DNA of 64,000 nt, from positions 4,128,001-4,192,000 of the forward strand of contig OZ220732.1 in assembly GCA_965116905.1 (NCBI GenBank). Direction: 5' to 3'. Of this stretch, positions 1 to 9,777 are shown one piece after another. This DNA is from Longimicrobiales bacterium. GTDB taxonomy: Bacteria > Gemmatimonadota > Gemmatimonadetes > Longimicrobiales > Gaopeijiaceae. How positions within the stretch are numbered: the stretch's first letter is position 1; each line of letters opens with the position of its first letter. The position numbers and the translations under genes were made by a program. The notes under the pieces are model-generated. The model ran no database searches, had not been told where the DNA came from, and saw only the letters and a list, made by a program, of their open reading frames with translations.

Positions 1-130
1 GTACGGCACTTCCAGGGGCAAGATTCTGCAAGACCAAATGGTCGAGGATCGGGTACGCCTCCGTCGCGAAGAAACCCCAGTGCTGGTTATAGGTGCGCGC
101 AAAGGGATCATACGCGTCGTAGCGGGTCAC
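1..130 (-). CDS. Class I SAM-dependent methyltransferase, N-terminal part (runs off window start)
   Basis: Not in ORF track. Manual translation from GTG at 130 gives VTRYDAYDPFARTYNQHWGFFATEAYPILDHLVLQNLAPGSAV, typical of the segment before motif I. AAGGAG RBS upstream. Confidence 0.6.
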   Translation of the reverse strand, partial: MTRYDAYDPFARTYNQHWGFFATEAYPILDHLVLQNLAPGSAV

Positions 131-222
131 TTCGGGATCTCCTTCCGGGAAGGGTGGCAATGGGAATCCGGCGCATTGCTACCTTAACTCAATCGCACGC
201 AACCCGGACGGAAGACCTTCAT

Positions 223-1488
223 ATGAACCATCTACGCTGCTTCGGATTCCTCGTTCTTTTCGCCCCTGTCGCCGGGTGCACCCCGGACGGCTCGGGCGGT
301 TCGGACGGACGGCCAGGTGACGACAGCGACATCGTCAGGACCGCACTGCACGATTTCCGAGTGGAAGCGGTGGCCGACGGCCTGGTGCGTCCGTTCGCCA
401 TGGCCTTCACCCCCGAAGGCGATCTGCTCGTAACGGAGCGGCCGGGCCGACTTCGAATCGTCCGCGACGGGGTCCTCCTTCCTGATTCGGTCGAGGGTCT
501 GCCGCCGATCCGGGCACTCGGGCGCGGTGCCCGTTCCATGAGCGGTTTCGAGCAGGCCGGATTGCGCGACGCGATCCTTCATCCGGAGTTCGAGACGAAC
601 CGCCTCCTCTATCTCAGCTACGTGAAGCCGGGGCCCGACTCGCTGGGCACGATCGCGATCGCCCGGGGCCGGTTCGAGAACGACCGGCTGACGGATGTCG
701 AGGAGCTTTTCCATGCGGATGCGTTCGGGAACGGGACGGACCGGAGTTCCATGTGGGGCGGACGCCTCGTCTTCGACCACGATGGCTACCTGTTCATGAC
801 GCTGGGCGACCGGCAGTGGCCGTCTGCGGGCGACCTGGAGGCGCATCCGGCCCAGGATCTGTCGAACCACAACGGGAGCACGATCCGGATCCACGACGAC
901 GGGCGCGTCCCGGCGGACAACCCGTTCGTGGGCCGGGAGGGGGTCCATCCCGAGATCTGGACGTGGGGCCACCGGAACGCGCAGGGAATGGCGATGCACC
1001 CCGAAACAGGAGACCTGTGGCAGAACGAGCACGGCCCGCAGGGTGGCGATGAACTCAACCTGATCGAGCCCGGCCGCAACTACGGCTGGCCCGTCGTGGG
1101 GTACGGCGTGAACTACCGGACGGGTTCACGCATTCACCCGGGGACGCTCATGGACGCCATGGAGCCGCCAGACCATGTCTGGGTGCCCTCGATCGGCGTC
1201 TCCGGGATGCTCTTCTACACGGGCGACGCATTCCCGGAGTGGCGCGGTGACATGCTCGTCGGCGGCCTCAGCGGACGCCGCCTTGTCCGCCTGCGGCTGG
1301 AAGGCCGTGAGGTGACGGACGAGGAGACGATCCTGCAGGGGATCGGCGGCATCCCCGACATCGGTCGCGTCCGGGACGTTCGGCAGGGACCGGACGGCTT
1401 CATCTACCTCGCCATCGACGGAGAGACACGGGACGTCGACGGGCCGGCGACCGGCATCGTGCGGCTCGTGCCGGCTGGGCGACGATAG
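223..1488 (+). CDS. PQQ-dependent soluble aldose/glucose dehydrogenase (GSDH/YliI family) lipoprotein
   Basis: Motifs LLVTERPGRL, GHRNAQG, EHGPQGGDELN, NYGWP, RVRDVRQGPDG; lipobox VAGC. Start moved to ATG 223. Confidence 0.88.
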   Translation: MNHLRCFGFLVLFAPVAGCTPDGSGGSDGRPGDDSDIVRTALHDFRVEAVADGLVRPFAMAFTPEGDLLVTERPGRLRIVRDGVLLPDSVEGLPPIRALGRGARSMSGFEQAGLRDAILHPEFETNRLLYLSYVKPGPDSLGTIAIARGRFENDRLTDVEELFHADAFGNGTDRSSMWGGRLVFDHDGYLFMTLGDRQWPSAGDLEAHPAQDLSNHNGSTIRIHDDGRVPADNPFVGREGVHPEIWTWGHRNAQGMAMHPETGDLWQNEHGPQGGDELNLIEPGRNYGWPVVGYGVNYRTGSRIHPGTLMDAMEPPDHVWVPSIGVSGMLFYTGDAFPEWRGDMLVGGLSGRRLVRLRLEGREVTDEETILQGIGGIPDIGRVRDVRQGPDGFIYLAIDGETRDVDGPATGIVRLVPAGRR

Positions 1489-1539
1489 CCTATGTTGAAA
1501 GGTTGACCACCGACATCCGTCGTTTCTGGGGACGGGCGC

Positions 1540-4032
1540 GTGAAAACACTGGGTGCTAGTGCGTTTCTGTTGCTCTGGTTCGCCCTCACGGGGCAGCCCT
1601 CGGGGGATCGTGCGTCCGGTCCGGCACCCTCCGTGCACGGCCCGGATGTCGGCGTGGCGGCCATCGGCGACATGGCCGTCGACGACGCGGCAGATCTGAC
1701 CGGCGTCGTGCAACGCTACTGTGTTCGCTGTCACAACGAGCGCCTACTCCGCGGGAACCTCACGCTGGAGGAGTTCGACGTTGCGAGCGCGCAGGAGCAG
1801 GCGCCGACGGCGGAGAAGATGATCCGGAAGCTGCGCGCCGGGATGATGCCGCCGCCGGGCCAGCGGCGCCCGCCCCCGGACACCCTGCGCGCCCTGGTCG
1901 AGACCCTCGAGGCCGTGGTCGACCAGGAAGCGGCCCGTGACCGGAACCCCGGCTCGCGGCGCTTCCAGCGGCTTAACCGGGCCGAGTACGAGCGCGTGAT
2001 CCGCGATCTTCTCGACCTCGAGATCGATGCGAGCCGCTGGCTGCCCGCGGACACATACCTGGGCGCCTTCGACAACATGGCGGACGCTCAGGGGCTCTCG
2101 ACGACGCTCCTCGAGGCGTACCTGAGGGCCGCGACGGAGGTAAGCCGGCTCGCCGTCGGCAACCCGGAGGCGCTGTCGAAGACGGCCAAGTATACGAATC
2201 CGATCGATGTCTCCCAGCATGCGTGGGACCACATCGAGGGCACGCCGTACGGGACGCGCGGCGGAATGGTTGTGACCCACGACTTCCCCGTGGACGGAGA
2301 GTACGTGATCGCGATCGAAACGCTCTTCGGTCAGGGCACCGGCTTCCAGGATGTCGACATCTCCGTCGACGGTGAGGGGGTGGCGCTCCTCGGCCTCGAG
2401 CACGGGGGACGCTCCACGGTGCCGATCCGCACCGAGCCGATCTTCGTGCGGGCAGGCCAGCGCCTGGTCGCGGCCGCGTTCGTGCGGACGATCGAGGGAC
2501 CGTACGAGGATCGCCTGAAGACGCCCGGCTGGTCGTTTGTCGGCGGTGAGGACTCCCAGGCATGGGCGAACTACGGGATCACGGCGCTTCCTCACCTGAG
2601 TGAGCTGATGATCACCGGGCCACAGCGCAGCACGGGGCTTTCGGAGACGCCGAGCCGCAGCGCGATCTTCCACTGCCATCCGGGACGGAGTGTGGCGGTG
2701 GGCGGAGCAGCAGCGGCGGCGACAGATGCGGGAGCGGCGACAGCGGCCGCGGCCCGCGCCTGCGCCGAGTCCATCGTGGCCCGGCTCGCGCGCGAAGCCT
2801 ACCGGCGTCCGGTCACGGACGAGGACCTCGCCGGCCCAATGGCCTTCTACGACCAGGCGGCGGCCGAGGATGGCTTCGAGATCGGCGTTCGGACCGCGCT
2901 GCAGGCGATCCTCGCCGGCCCGTCCTTCATCTTCCGTCTCGAACAGGCGCCACCCGGGGCCGCGGCTGGAGAGAGCTACCGCATCGCGGACATCGACCTC
3001 GCCTCCCGCCTGTCGTTCTTCCTGTGGGCGGCAAGCCCGGACGACGAACTGCTGACGCTGGCGGCGGAGGAGCGGCTTTCGGATCCGGCGGTTTTCGAGT
3101 CGCAGGTGCGCCGGATGCTGGCCGACCCGCGGGCCGAGGCGCTCTCGACGCGCTTCGCCTCGCAGTGGCTGCGGCTTCAGGATGCAGAGGACAACCAGCC
3201 CGAGCCCTATCTCTACCCGGACTTCACCGGTCAGCTTCGCGAGGACCTGGTCCGGGAGACGCAACTTCTCTTCGACCACCTGATCCGGGAAGACCGGAGT
3301 CTTCTCGAACTCTACACGGCGGACTACACCTTCCTGAACGAGCGCCTCGCCGCGCACTACGGGATTCCGGGGATCTCGGGGCCGGGGTTCCGCCGCGTGA
3401 GCTACCCCGACGACAGCCGGCGCGGCGTGATGGGGCATGGAAGCGTGCTGCTCCTGACGTCGATGTCCGCGCGCACGTCGCCCGTCCTGCGCGGCAAATG
3501 GGTGATGGAAGTCCTCATGGGCACGCCGCCGCCACCGCCCCCGCCCAACATCCCCGCCTTCGACGACACCGAGGCCGCGCGGGACGGCCGGCCCCTCACC
3601 ACGCGGCAGCGTCTCGAGATCCACCGGGCGAACCCGACCTGCAATGCGTGCCACAGGTTCATGGACCCGATCGGGCTCGCCCTGGACAACTACGACGTGA
3701 CGGGACGGGTGCGGGTTCGCGAGAACGGCGTCGCGCTCGACACGCGGGGGACCTTCTACGACGGGACCGGGATCAGCACGCCCGCGGGCCTCGTCGACGT
3801 CCTCATGAAGCGGCCGGTCCCGCTGGTCCGCAACTTCACGGCCCACCTTCTGGCCTATGCGATCGGCCGCAGAACCGAGTACTTCGATCAGCCGACGATC
3901 CGGGCCATCGCCCGCGAGGCCGAAGCCGACGACTACAGCATGTCCTCGTTTATCCTCGGCGTCGTGAACAGCGACGCTTTCCGGATGGCGCGTCCGGCGC
4001 CCGCCACGGACAAGCAGGGAGAGACCTCATGA
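1540..4032 (+). CDS. Planctomycete-type cytochrome c protein with DUF1587/1595/1592/1588/1585 (PSD) domains
   Basis: CxxCH at CVRCH and CNACH; RLNRAEY, LASRLSFFLW, TSPVLRGKWV, MDPIGLAL motifs. Confidence 0.9.
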   Translation: MKTLGASAFLLLWFALTGQPSGDRASGPAPSVHGPDVGVAAIGDMAVDDAADLTGVVQRYCVRCHNERLLRGNLTLEEFDVASAQEQAPTAEKMIRKLRAGMMPPPGQRRPPPDTLRALVETLEAVVDQEAARDRNPGSRRFQRLNRAEYERVIRDLLDLEIDASRWLPADTYLGAFDNMADAQGLSTTLLEAYLRAATEVSRLAVGNPEALSKTAKYTNPIDVSQHAWDHIEGTPYGTRGGMVVTHDFPVDGEYVIAIETLFGQGTGFQDVDISVDGEGVALLGLEHGGRSTVPIRTEPIFVRAGQRLVAAAFVRTIEGPYEDRLKTPGWSFVGGEDSQAWANYGITALPHLSELMITGPQRSTGLSETPSRSAIFHCHPGRSVAVGGAAAAATDAGAATAAAARACAESIVARLAREAYRRPVTDEDLAGPMAFYDQAAAEDGFEIGVRTALQAILAGPSFIFRLEQAPPGAAAGESYRIADIDLASRLSFFLWAASPDDELLTLAAEERLSDPAVFESQVRRMLADPRAEALSTRFASQWLRLQDAEDNQPEPYLYPDFTGQLREDLVRETQLLFDHLIREDRSLLELYTADYTFLNERLAAHYGIPGISGPGFRRVSYPDDSRRGVMGHGSVLLLTSMSARTSPVLRGKWVMEVLMGTPPPPPPPNIPAFDDTEAARDGRPLTTRQRLEIHRANPTCNACHRFMDPIGLALDNYDVTGRVRVRENGVALDTRGTFYDGTGISTPAGLVDVLMKRPVPLVRNFTAHLLAYAIGRRTEYFDQPTIRAIAREAEADDYSMSSFILGVVNSDAFRMARPAPATDKQGETS

Positions 4033-5501
4033 ACTTCATCACCGGCACACACCTTTCGCGCCGCACTTTCCTGCGGGGAGCCGGCGCCAGCGTGGCCCTG
4101 CCCCTGCTCGACGCGATGGTGCCGGCGGGACGGCTGCGGGCCGACCCGGGGAGTGCGGCAGACTTCACGCGCCTCGTCTGCATCGAGGAGTCGATGGGCG
4201 TGGCCGGATCGAGCGACTGGGGCGATGCCCGCCACCTGTTCGCGCCTGCGAAGACCGGGCGCGACTTCGAACTGGTCGCGGACAGTCAGCTCAAGCCGCT
4301 GGAGGCGTTCCGCGAGTACATGACGATCGTGAGCAACACGGATTGCCGCTCCGCGGAAGCGTTTCGGGCAGAGGAGATCGGCGGCGACCACGACCGCTCG
4401 ACCGCCGTATTCCTGACGCAGGCGCATCCAAGGCAGACGCAGGGATCGGATATCTTCCTCGGCACCTCGCTCGACCAGCTGCACGCACAACGCTTTGGGC
4501 AGGAAACGGTGCTCCCGTCGCTGGAACTGTGCATCGAGGGCATCGATCGCGGCGGCGGCTGCGCGTACAACTACCATTGCGCCTACACGACCTCGCTGGC
4601 GTGGGCCTCACCCAGCCAGCCGCTTCCGGCAATCAGGGAGCCGCGCGTCGTCTTCGAGCGGCTGTTCGGCGCCGGGGACACGGCCGCGGACCGGGCGGCG
4701 CGGCGGCGCACGGACCGCAGCATCATCGACTGGATCGCGACCGAGGTCGTGCGGCTGAGAAGGACCCTGGGGGCGACCGATCGGGTCGCGCTGGAAGAGT
4801 ACGTCGACCACATCCGCGAGCTTGAGCGCCGGATCCAGCTGGTCGAGGCGCGGAACACGAGCGGCGAGGAGCGGGCGATGCCCGAAGCGCCGTCGGGCGT
4901 GCCGGACTCGTTCGAGGAACACATGCAACTGATGTTCGATCTGCAACTCCTTGCGCTGCAGACGGACCTGACGCGGGTCATCACCTTCAAGACCGGTTTC
5001 GATCAGTCGAACCGGACGTTCCCCGGTAGCGGGACGACGAAGTCCATCCACGGGGCCTCGCACCACGGCAACGTTCCCGACGACATCATGGACTTCAACC
5101 GGATCAACACCTACCGGCTCGGGCAGCTCGCGTACTTCCTCGAAAGGATGCGCGACACCGTGGAAGGCGACGCTTCGCTGCTCGACAAGACGGCCATCGT
5201 ATGGGGCTCGCCGATGGCGGACGGCAACCTCCACAACCACCGGCGTGCGCCGCTGCTCGTGCTGGGCGGGGCGAACGGCGCACTGGAGGGCGGCGTCCAT
5301 CTGCGCGCCCCCAACGGGACCCCGATGGCCAATGCCTTCGTGAGCCTCATGCGCAAGATCGGACACCCGGAGATGGCCACGTTCGGCGACAGCGACGGCG
5401 TGTTCTCGCTCGACCTTGCGGACGGGGTGCCTTCGGGCGGCGTGCCCTCGGGCGGCGCGCCCTCGGGTGAGGGCCCCACGGACGGGAACGGTCCGGCATG
5501 A
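4029..5501 (+). CDS. DUF1552 (HXXSHH) domain protein, Tat-exported
   Basis: ATG 4029 overlaps the upstream TGA; Tat motif LSRRTFLRG; HGASHH; typical partner of DUF1592 genes. Confidence 0.88.
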   Translation: MNFITGTHLSRRTFLRGAGASVALPLLDAMVPAGRLRADPGSAADFTRLVCIEESMGVAGSSDWGDARHLFAPAKTGRDFELVADSQLKPLEAFREYMTIVSNTDCRSAEAFRAEEIGGDHDRSTAVFLTQAHPRQTQGSDIFLGTSLDQLHAQRFGQETVLPSLELCIEGIDRGGGCAYNYHCAYTTSLAWASPSQPLPAIREPRVVFERLFGAGDTAADRAARRRTDRSIIDWIATEVVRLRRTLGATDRVALEEYVDHIRELERRIQLVEARNTSGEERAMPEAPSGVPDSFEEHMQLMFDLQLLALQTDLTRVITFKTGFDQSNRTFPGSGTTKSIHGASHHGNVPDDIMDFNRINTYRLGQLAYFLERMRDTVEGDASLLDKTAIVWGSPMADGNLHNHRRAPLLVLGGANGALEGGVHLRAPNGTPMANAFVSLMRKIGHPEMATFGDSDGVFSLDLADGVPSGGVPSGGAPSGEGPTDGNGPA

Positions 5502-8485
5502 GGACCGTGGCGCTCGCGCTCCTGGTTGCGGCGACCCTGCCCGCGGCCCTGACAGCGCAACAGGCCGTTGCGGGCGACGAGCTGCTGCATGCTGCCCGGC
5601 ACGGCGAGCTGGAGGCGGTCCGCGAGCTGATTGGGCGCGGTGCCCACGTGGAAGCGAAGCGGGGCGACGGGATGACCGCGCTCCACCTCGCCGCCGAACG
5701 CGGGCATGCCGGGGTGGCCCGCGCGCTCATCGACGCGGGGGCGCCGGTTGACGCTGGCACACGCATCGGCCGCTACACGCCGCTGCACCTGGCCGCCCGG
5801 GACGGACACGGCGCCGTCGTCGCACACCTGCTCGAGGCCGGCGCCGACCCCAACGCCGTGACGACGAACAGCGGCGTGACCCCGCTGCACCTGGCGGGGG
5901 GCGCGGGGGCGGGTGCCCCAGGGGCGGTGACCGCCCTGCTCGAGCACGGCGCCGACCCCAACGCCCGGGAGGGGTCGGCGGGTCAGACGCCCCTGATGTT
6001 CGCGGCGGCCGCGAACCGGACGGCCGCGGTGCAGGCGCTGCTCGAGGCCGGCGCCGACCCCGGCATCGCGACCGCCGTGGTCGACGTACTGCCCGATCTG
6101 GCGCTGGACCGTGAGGCCAACCGCCGGTTCCGCGACATCTTGGGCGCCCCACCGGAGATGCTCGGGCTCTACGGGCCCGAGATCGACCCGGAAGCGGAAC
6201 AGCAAGGCGAACCCGCTCCCGCCCACGTCCAGGCGGCCATCCTCGCGCAGCGCGACTTTCTCCGCTCCGGCTACGACGTCGGCGAAGTCACCCCGCACTC
6301 GCTCGGCCGCACGGGGGCGGACTACCCGGGTGGTCCCCGCTTCGTACGGCCCCCGTACCGCGAAGTGCTCGTCGGGCGCACCGGGGGCATGACCGCGCTG
6401 CTGCACGCTGCGCGCGAGGGTCACATCGACGCGGCAACGGCCCTCCTCGACGGCGGCGCGGACATCGACCAGGTCAGCGCGGACGCCACCAGCCCGCTCC
6501 TCATGGCCGCTCTCAACGGCCAATTCGACCTGGCGCTCATGCTCATCGAGCGCGGCGCCGACCCGGACCTCGCCGCGTCGACGGACGGCGCCACACCCCT
6601 GTTCGCCGTGCTCCAGACCCAGTGGGCGCCCAAGTCCAACTATCCACAGCCGCGCGCGCAGGACGTGCAGCAAACCGGGCACATGGACGTGCTCGGCGCC
6701 CTGCTCGAGGCCGGAGCCGACCCCAACCCACGCCTGAACACCCACCTCTGGTACTGGGAATACGGACTCACCAAGATGGGGATCGACCTCACCGGGGCGA
6801 CCCCGTTCTGGCGCGCGGCCTTCGCCCAGGATCTCGACGCGATGAAGCTCCTGGTCGCACACGGAGCGGATCCCCACATCCCGACCCGGTGGCCCGAAGT
6901 CGGGATGCGGGAGCGGCGGCAGCAGGACGGCCGGCAGCAGGAGGACTCCGCACTTCCCTGGATCCCGGAGGGCGCGGCGAACGCCTGGCCGATCCACGCA
7001 GCGGCTGGCGGCGGATACCTGGGGCTGGGCGCGTTCAGCGTACGGAACCGGCCCGACCAGTTCATTCCCGCCGTCAGGTATCTGATCGAGGAACTCGGCG
7101 CGGACGTCAACCAGCGCGACTCCTGGCTCTACACGCCCATGCACTACGCGGCCTCGCGCGGAGACAACGAACTCATCGAGTATCTCGTGTCGCAGGGTGG
7201 GGAAGTCACCGCGATCACGCGCCTGGGCCAGTCCACGGCCGACATGGCCCGAGGTGGCCGGGCCGGGTTCTTTACTCGCGTTCCGTACCCGGCAACCGTC
7301 GAACTGCTGACCGCTCTGGGTTCGACCCTGGAATGCCTCCACACGCACTTCCTGGATACCGGGGATTCCTGCCCCGGAGCGGGCGTCAACGACCCGTGGG
7401 CACCCGCCGCCGCGACGATGGGTGGGATGGATGGCGCCGTCGTGAAGGGCGGAGACGACCGCACTGGCCCGTACGATCCGGTGGCCGGCTGGTGGAAGGC
7501 CGCACCGAACCACGACGACGAGTGGGGCTGGGGTCAGGTCGCCGGCGTAGCGGTGGACCACGCGGACCGCATCATCGTCGTCACCCGCGGCGATTGGCCC
7601 GCCGACCGGTCGGTTCCCCGCGAGGGGCGGTTGCGGCGCACGAACTTCGTCGTCGTGGCCAACGGCGACGGCGAGATCGTCGAGCAGTGGGCGCAGTGGG
7701 ACTCGATCTTCACGCTCCCGCACCAGGTGTACATCAACCCCTACGACCCCGACCGGCATGTGTGGGTGATCGACAGCGGCGGCGGCCAGGGCCACATGCA
7801 GGTTGTGAAGTTCACCAACGACGGCAGCGAGATCGTCATGCGGCTGGGCGAGCGCGATCACCCGAAGACGCGCGCAGCCGCCCGCGCGCGGTTCGACTGG
7901 GGACCCCATACGTACGGCTGGCCGTCGAAGCTGGCGTTCCTCCCGGACGGGAGCTTTCTCCTTGCCGACGGATACTGGAACTCGCGGATCATCAAGTACT
8001 CCGAGGACGGCGAGTTCATCATGCAGTGGGGCGGTCTGGGCACCGGCCCGGGCGAGTTCGATCTCCTTCACGGCCTAGCGGTGGACGAGGACCGAGTCTA
8101 TGTCGCCGACCGTCAGAACGAGCGCCTGCAGCTGTTCACCCACGACGGGGACTTCATTGAGGAGTGGCCGAACATCTTTGATCCGGTGAACATCTGGCCC
8201 GACGAGAACGGCGCGGTATGGGTCCTGGACGCAAGCCTGAACCGCGTGCTGAAGTACGACCGCGACGGCGTCCTCCAGGACTACTGGGGCGCATACGGCG
8301 CGGCCGGTGCGATCGGGCGCGGGACCTGGCCGGGCGGGCTGTCGCTGCCCCACCAGATGGACATGGACGAGAACGGCGCCGTGTACATCGCATCGTACAG
8401 CGGCGGCTGGATCAACAAGTTCACGCCAAAGCCGAACGCGGACCCGGACAGGCTCATGGGGGCCAGGCTGCTGCTCACGCGTTGA
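5498..8485 (+). CDS. Secreted ankyrin-repeat protein fused to a C-terminal NHL/6-bladed beta-propeller
   Basis: Signal peptide; many GxTPLHLAA repeats to ~aa 610; then NHL motifs LADGYWNSRIIKY, VYVADRQNERLQLF, LPHQMDMD. Confidence 0.85.
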   Translation: MRTVALALLVAATLPAALTAQQAVAGDELLHAARHGELEAVRELIGRGAHVEAKRGDGMTALHLAAERGHAGVARALIDAGAPVDAGTRIGRYTPLHLAARDGHGAVVAHLLEAGADPNAVTTNSGVTPLHLAGGAGAGAPGAVTALLEHGADPNAREGSAGQTPLMFAAAANRTAAVQALLEAGADPGIATAVVDVLPDLALDREANRRFRDILGAPPEMLGLYGPEIDPEAEQQGEPAPAHVQAAILAQRDFLRSGYDVGEVTPHSLGRTGADYPGGPRFVRPPYREVLVGRTGGMTALLHAAREGHIDAATALLDGGADIDQVSADATSPLLMAALNGQFDLALMLIERGADPDLAASTDGATPLFAVLQTQWAPKSNYPQPRAQDVQQTGHMDVLGALLEAGADPNPRLNTHLWYWEYGLTKMGIDLTGATPFWRAAFAQDLDAMKLLVAHGADPHIPTRWPEVGMRERRQQDGRQQEDSALPWIPEGAANAWPIHAAAGGGYLGLGAFSVRNRPDQFIPAVRYLIEELGADVNQRDSWLYTPMHYAASRGDNELIEYLVSQGGEVTAITRLGQSTADMARGGRAGFFTRVPYPATVELLTALGSTLECLHTHFLDTGDSCPGAGVNDPWAPAAATMGGMDGAVVKGGDDRTGPYDPVAGWWKAAPNHDDEWGWGQVAGVAVDHADRIIVVTRGDWPADRSVPREGRLRRTNFVVVANGDGEIVEQWAQWDSIFTLPHQVYINPYDPDRHVWVIDSGGGQGHMQVVKFTNDGSEIVMRLGERDHPKTRAAARARFDWGPHTYGWPSKLAFLPDGSFLLADGYWNSRIIKYSEDGEFIMQWGGLGTGPGEFDLLHGLAVDEDRVYVADRQNERLQLFTHDGDFIEEWPNIFDPVNIWPDENGAVWVLDASLNRVLKYDRDGVLQDYWGAYGAAGAIGRGTWPGGLSLPHQMDMDENGAVYIASYSGGWINKFTPKPNADPDRLMGARLLLTR

Positions 8486-8544
8486 CGGCCATCGCCGCCG
8501 TCGGCCGGCCATTCTGGACAGCTGACCGCGACAGGCTAGCAGCC

Positions 8545-8570
8545 GAAACCAACCCCCCGGGCGCACCGTA
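8545..8570 (+). promoter_or_regulatory. Putative ECF-sigma promoter (GAAACC-N16-CGTA) for the efflux operon
   Basis: gaaacc aaccccccgggcgcac cgta, ~80 bp upstream of 8649; resembles the SigW-type consensus. Confidence 0.45.
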
Positions 8571-8648
8571 GTTTCCAGTGCAAAAAAAGCCCTTCGGCGG
8601 CGAATCGGCCGGTTCGCTCGTGGGCGCGACTCGGGCGGAAAGTCAATC

Positions 8649-9740
8649 ATGAAAACCGGCACCAGGATAGTTTTCGGCACAATCGTCGTCGGAGGCCTGG
8701 GAGCCTCGGCGTTCGCAGTACTGACCGCCGGGGACGGCGAGACCGAAGTGGACACGATCCCGGTGGAGAGGGGCGAGATCGTGGACCGCGCTCTCGCGGT
8801 CGGACGCATTGAACCGCTCGTCGAAGTAAGCGTGAAGTCCCAACTCGCCGGCGTCGTGCGTCGGATGTTCAAGGAACCCGGCGAATATGTCCAGCGGGGC
8901 GAGCCTCTGCTCGAGGTCCAGCCCAACCCGACACCGATCGAACTGGTCGAGGCGCGCCGCGCCATCGAATTGCGCGAAATCGAGTTGCAGCAACTCGAGA
9001 GGCGACGTGATCGGCTGGCCGAGTTGCGCGACCAGGAGCTGGCGTCGGAGGAGGAGTTCGAGGACGCAGAGTACTCGTTCAACGAAGTCTCGCTCCAGCT
9101 CCAGATCGCCCGGGAGCGCCTGGCCCTGCTCTCGGAAGGGCGCGTGACCATCGGAGACGAGGCCCTCGAGACGGTCATCCAAAGCCCCATCCAGGGCTTC
9201 ATCCTCGAAAAGATGGTGGAAATCGGAGACCCGGTCGTCCCGCTCACGACGTTCCAGGAAGGGACCGTCCTGATGACGATGGCCGAAATGGACGAACTGC
9301 TCTTCCGGGGAACGGTCGACGAAATCGATGTGGGTCGGCTGACCGAGGGAATGCCGGTCGAGGTCACGATCGGGGCGCTTCCCGACGCGCGCGTCGATGG
9401 GCGACTGATGAAGATCTCGCTTACGGGCCGCGACGAGGAGAACGCCACCATCTTTCCGGTTGAAATCGCGGTTGTACCCGCAGAGGGCACCTTGCTGAGA
9501 GCAGGTTATTCGGCCAACGCACAGGTGATCATCGAGCGCCGCTCGGACATCCTGATCATCCCGGAGCGCGTGGTCAGGTTCGAGGACGGCGGCACGTTCG
9601 TGACGGTTCGCCTGGGGCCCGAGGAAACCGAGGAACGCGAGATCAGGACAGGTCTCAGCGACGGGATCAGTATCGAGGTGCTCGAGGGCCTGACCGAGGG
9701 CGAGCGCGTCATGGAGCCCCCGCGGCGCGAGATCACCTAG
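8649..9740 (+). CDS. MacA-like periplasmic adaptor (membrane fusion protein)
   Basis: N-terminal TM, VSVKSQLAG, coiled coil, IQSPIQG, VDEIDVGRL, LRAGYSANA, RTGLSDG. Confidence 0.9.
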   Translation: MKTGTRIVFGTIVVGGLGASAFAVLTAGDGETEVDTIPVERGEIVDRALAVGRIEPLVEVSVKSQLAGVVRRMFKEPGEYVQRGEPLLEVQPNPTPIELVEARRAIELREIELQQLERRRDRLAELRDQELASEEEFEDAEYSFNEVSLQLQIARERLALLSEGRVTIGDEALETVIQSPIQGFILEKMVEIGDPVVPLTTFQEGTVLMTMAEMDELLFRGTVDEIDVGRLTEGMPVEVTIGALPDARVDGRLMKISLTGRDEENATIFPVEIAVVPAEGTLLRAGYSANAQVIIERRSDILIIPERVVRFEDGGTFVTVRLGPEETEEREIRTGLSDGISIEVLEGLTEGERVMEPPRREIT

Positions 9741-9741
9741 G

Positions 9742-9769
9742 GCAGTCCGTGGACAAAATCCCCCCGGCA
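9742..9769. repeat. Solo end of the MITE-like element found at 14456-14633
   Basis: gcagtccgtggacaaaatccccccggca is 27/28 identical to the reverse complement of 14603-14630. Confidence 0.7.
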
Positions 9770-9777
9770 CTTGACCC

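Noticed and set aside
3024..4028. Long N-terminal extensions in the ORF track (DUF1552, fumC, mlaF, pteridine reductase, typA)
   Set aside because: They overlap other real genes; downstream starts with RBS or stop/start overlaps fit the family boundaries.
5111..8071. Very long antisense or alternative-frame ORFs (e.g. 5111-8071, 45739-48120, 58747-61428, 41304-43868)
   Set aside because: Shadows of real genes in high-GC DNA; Arg/Gly/Pro-rich with no motifs.
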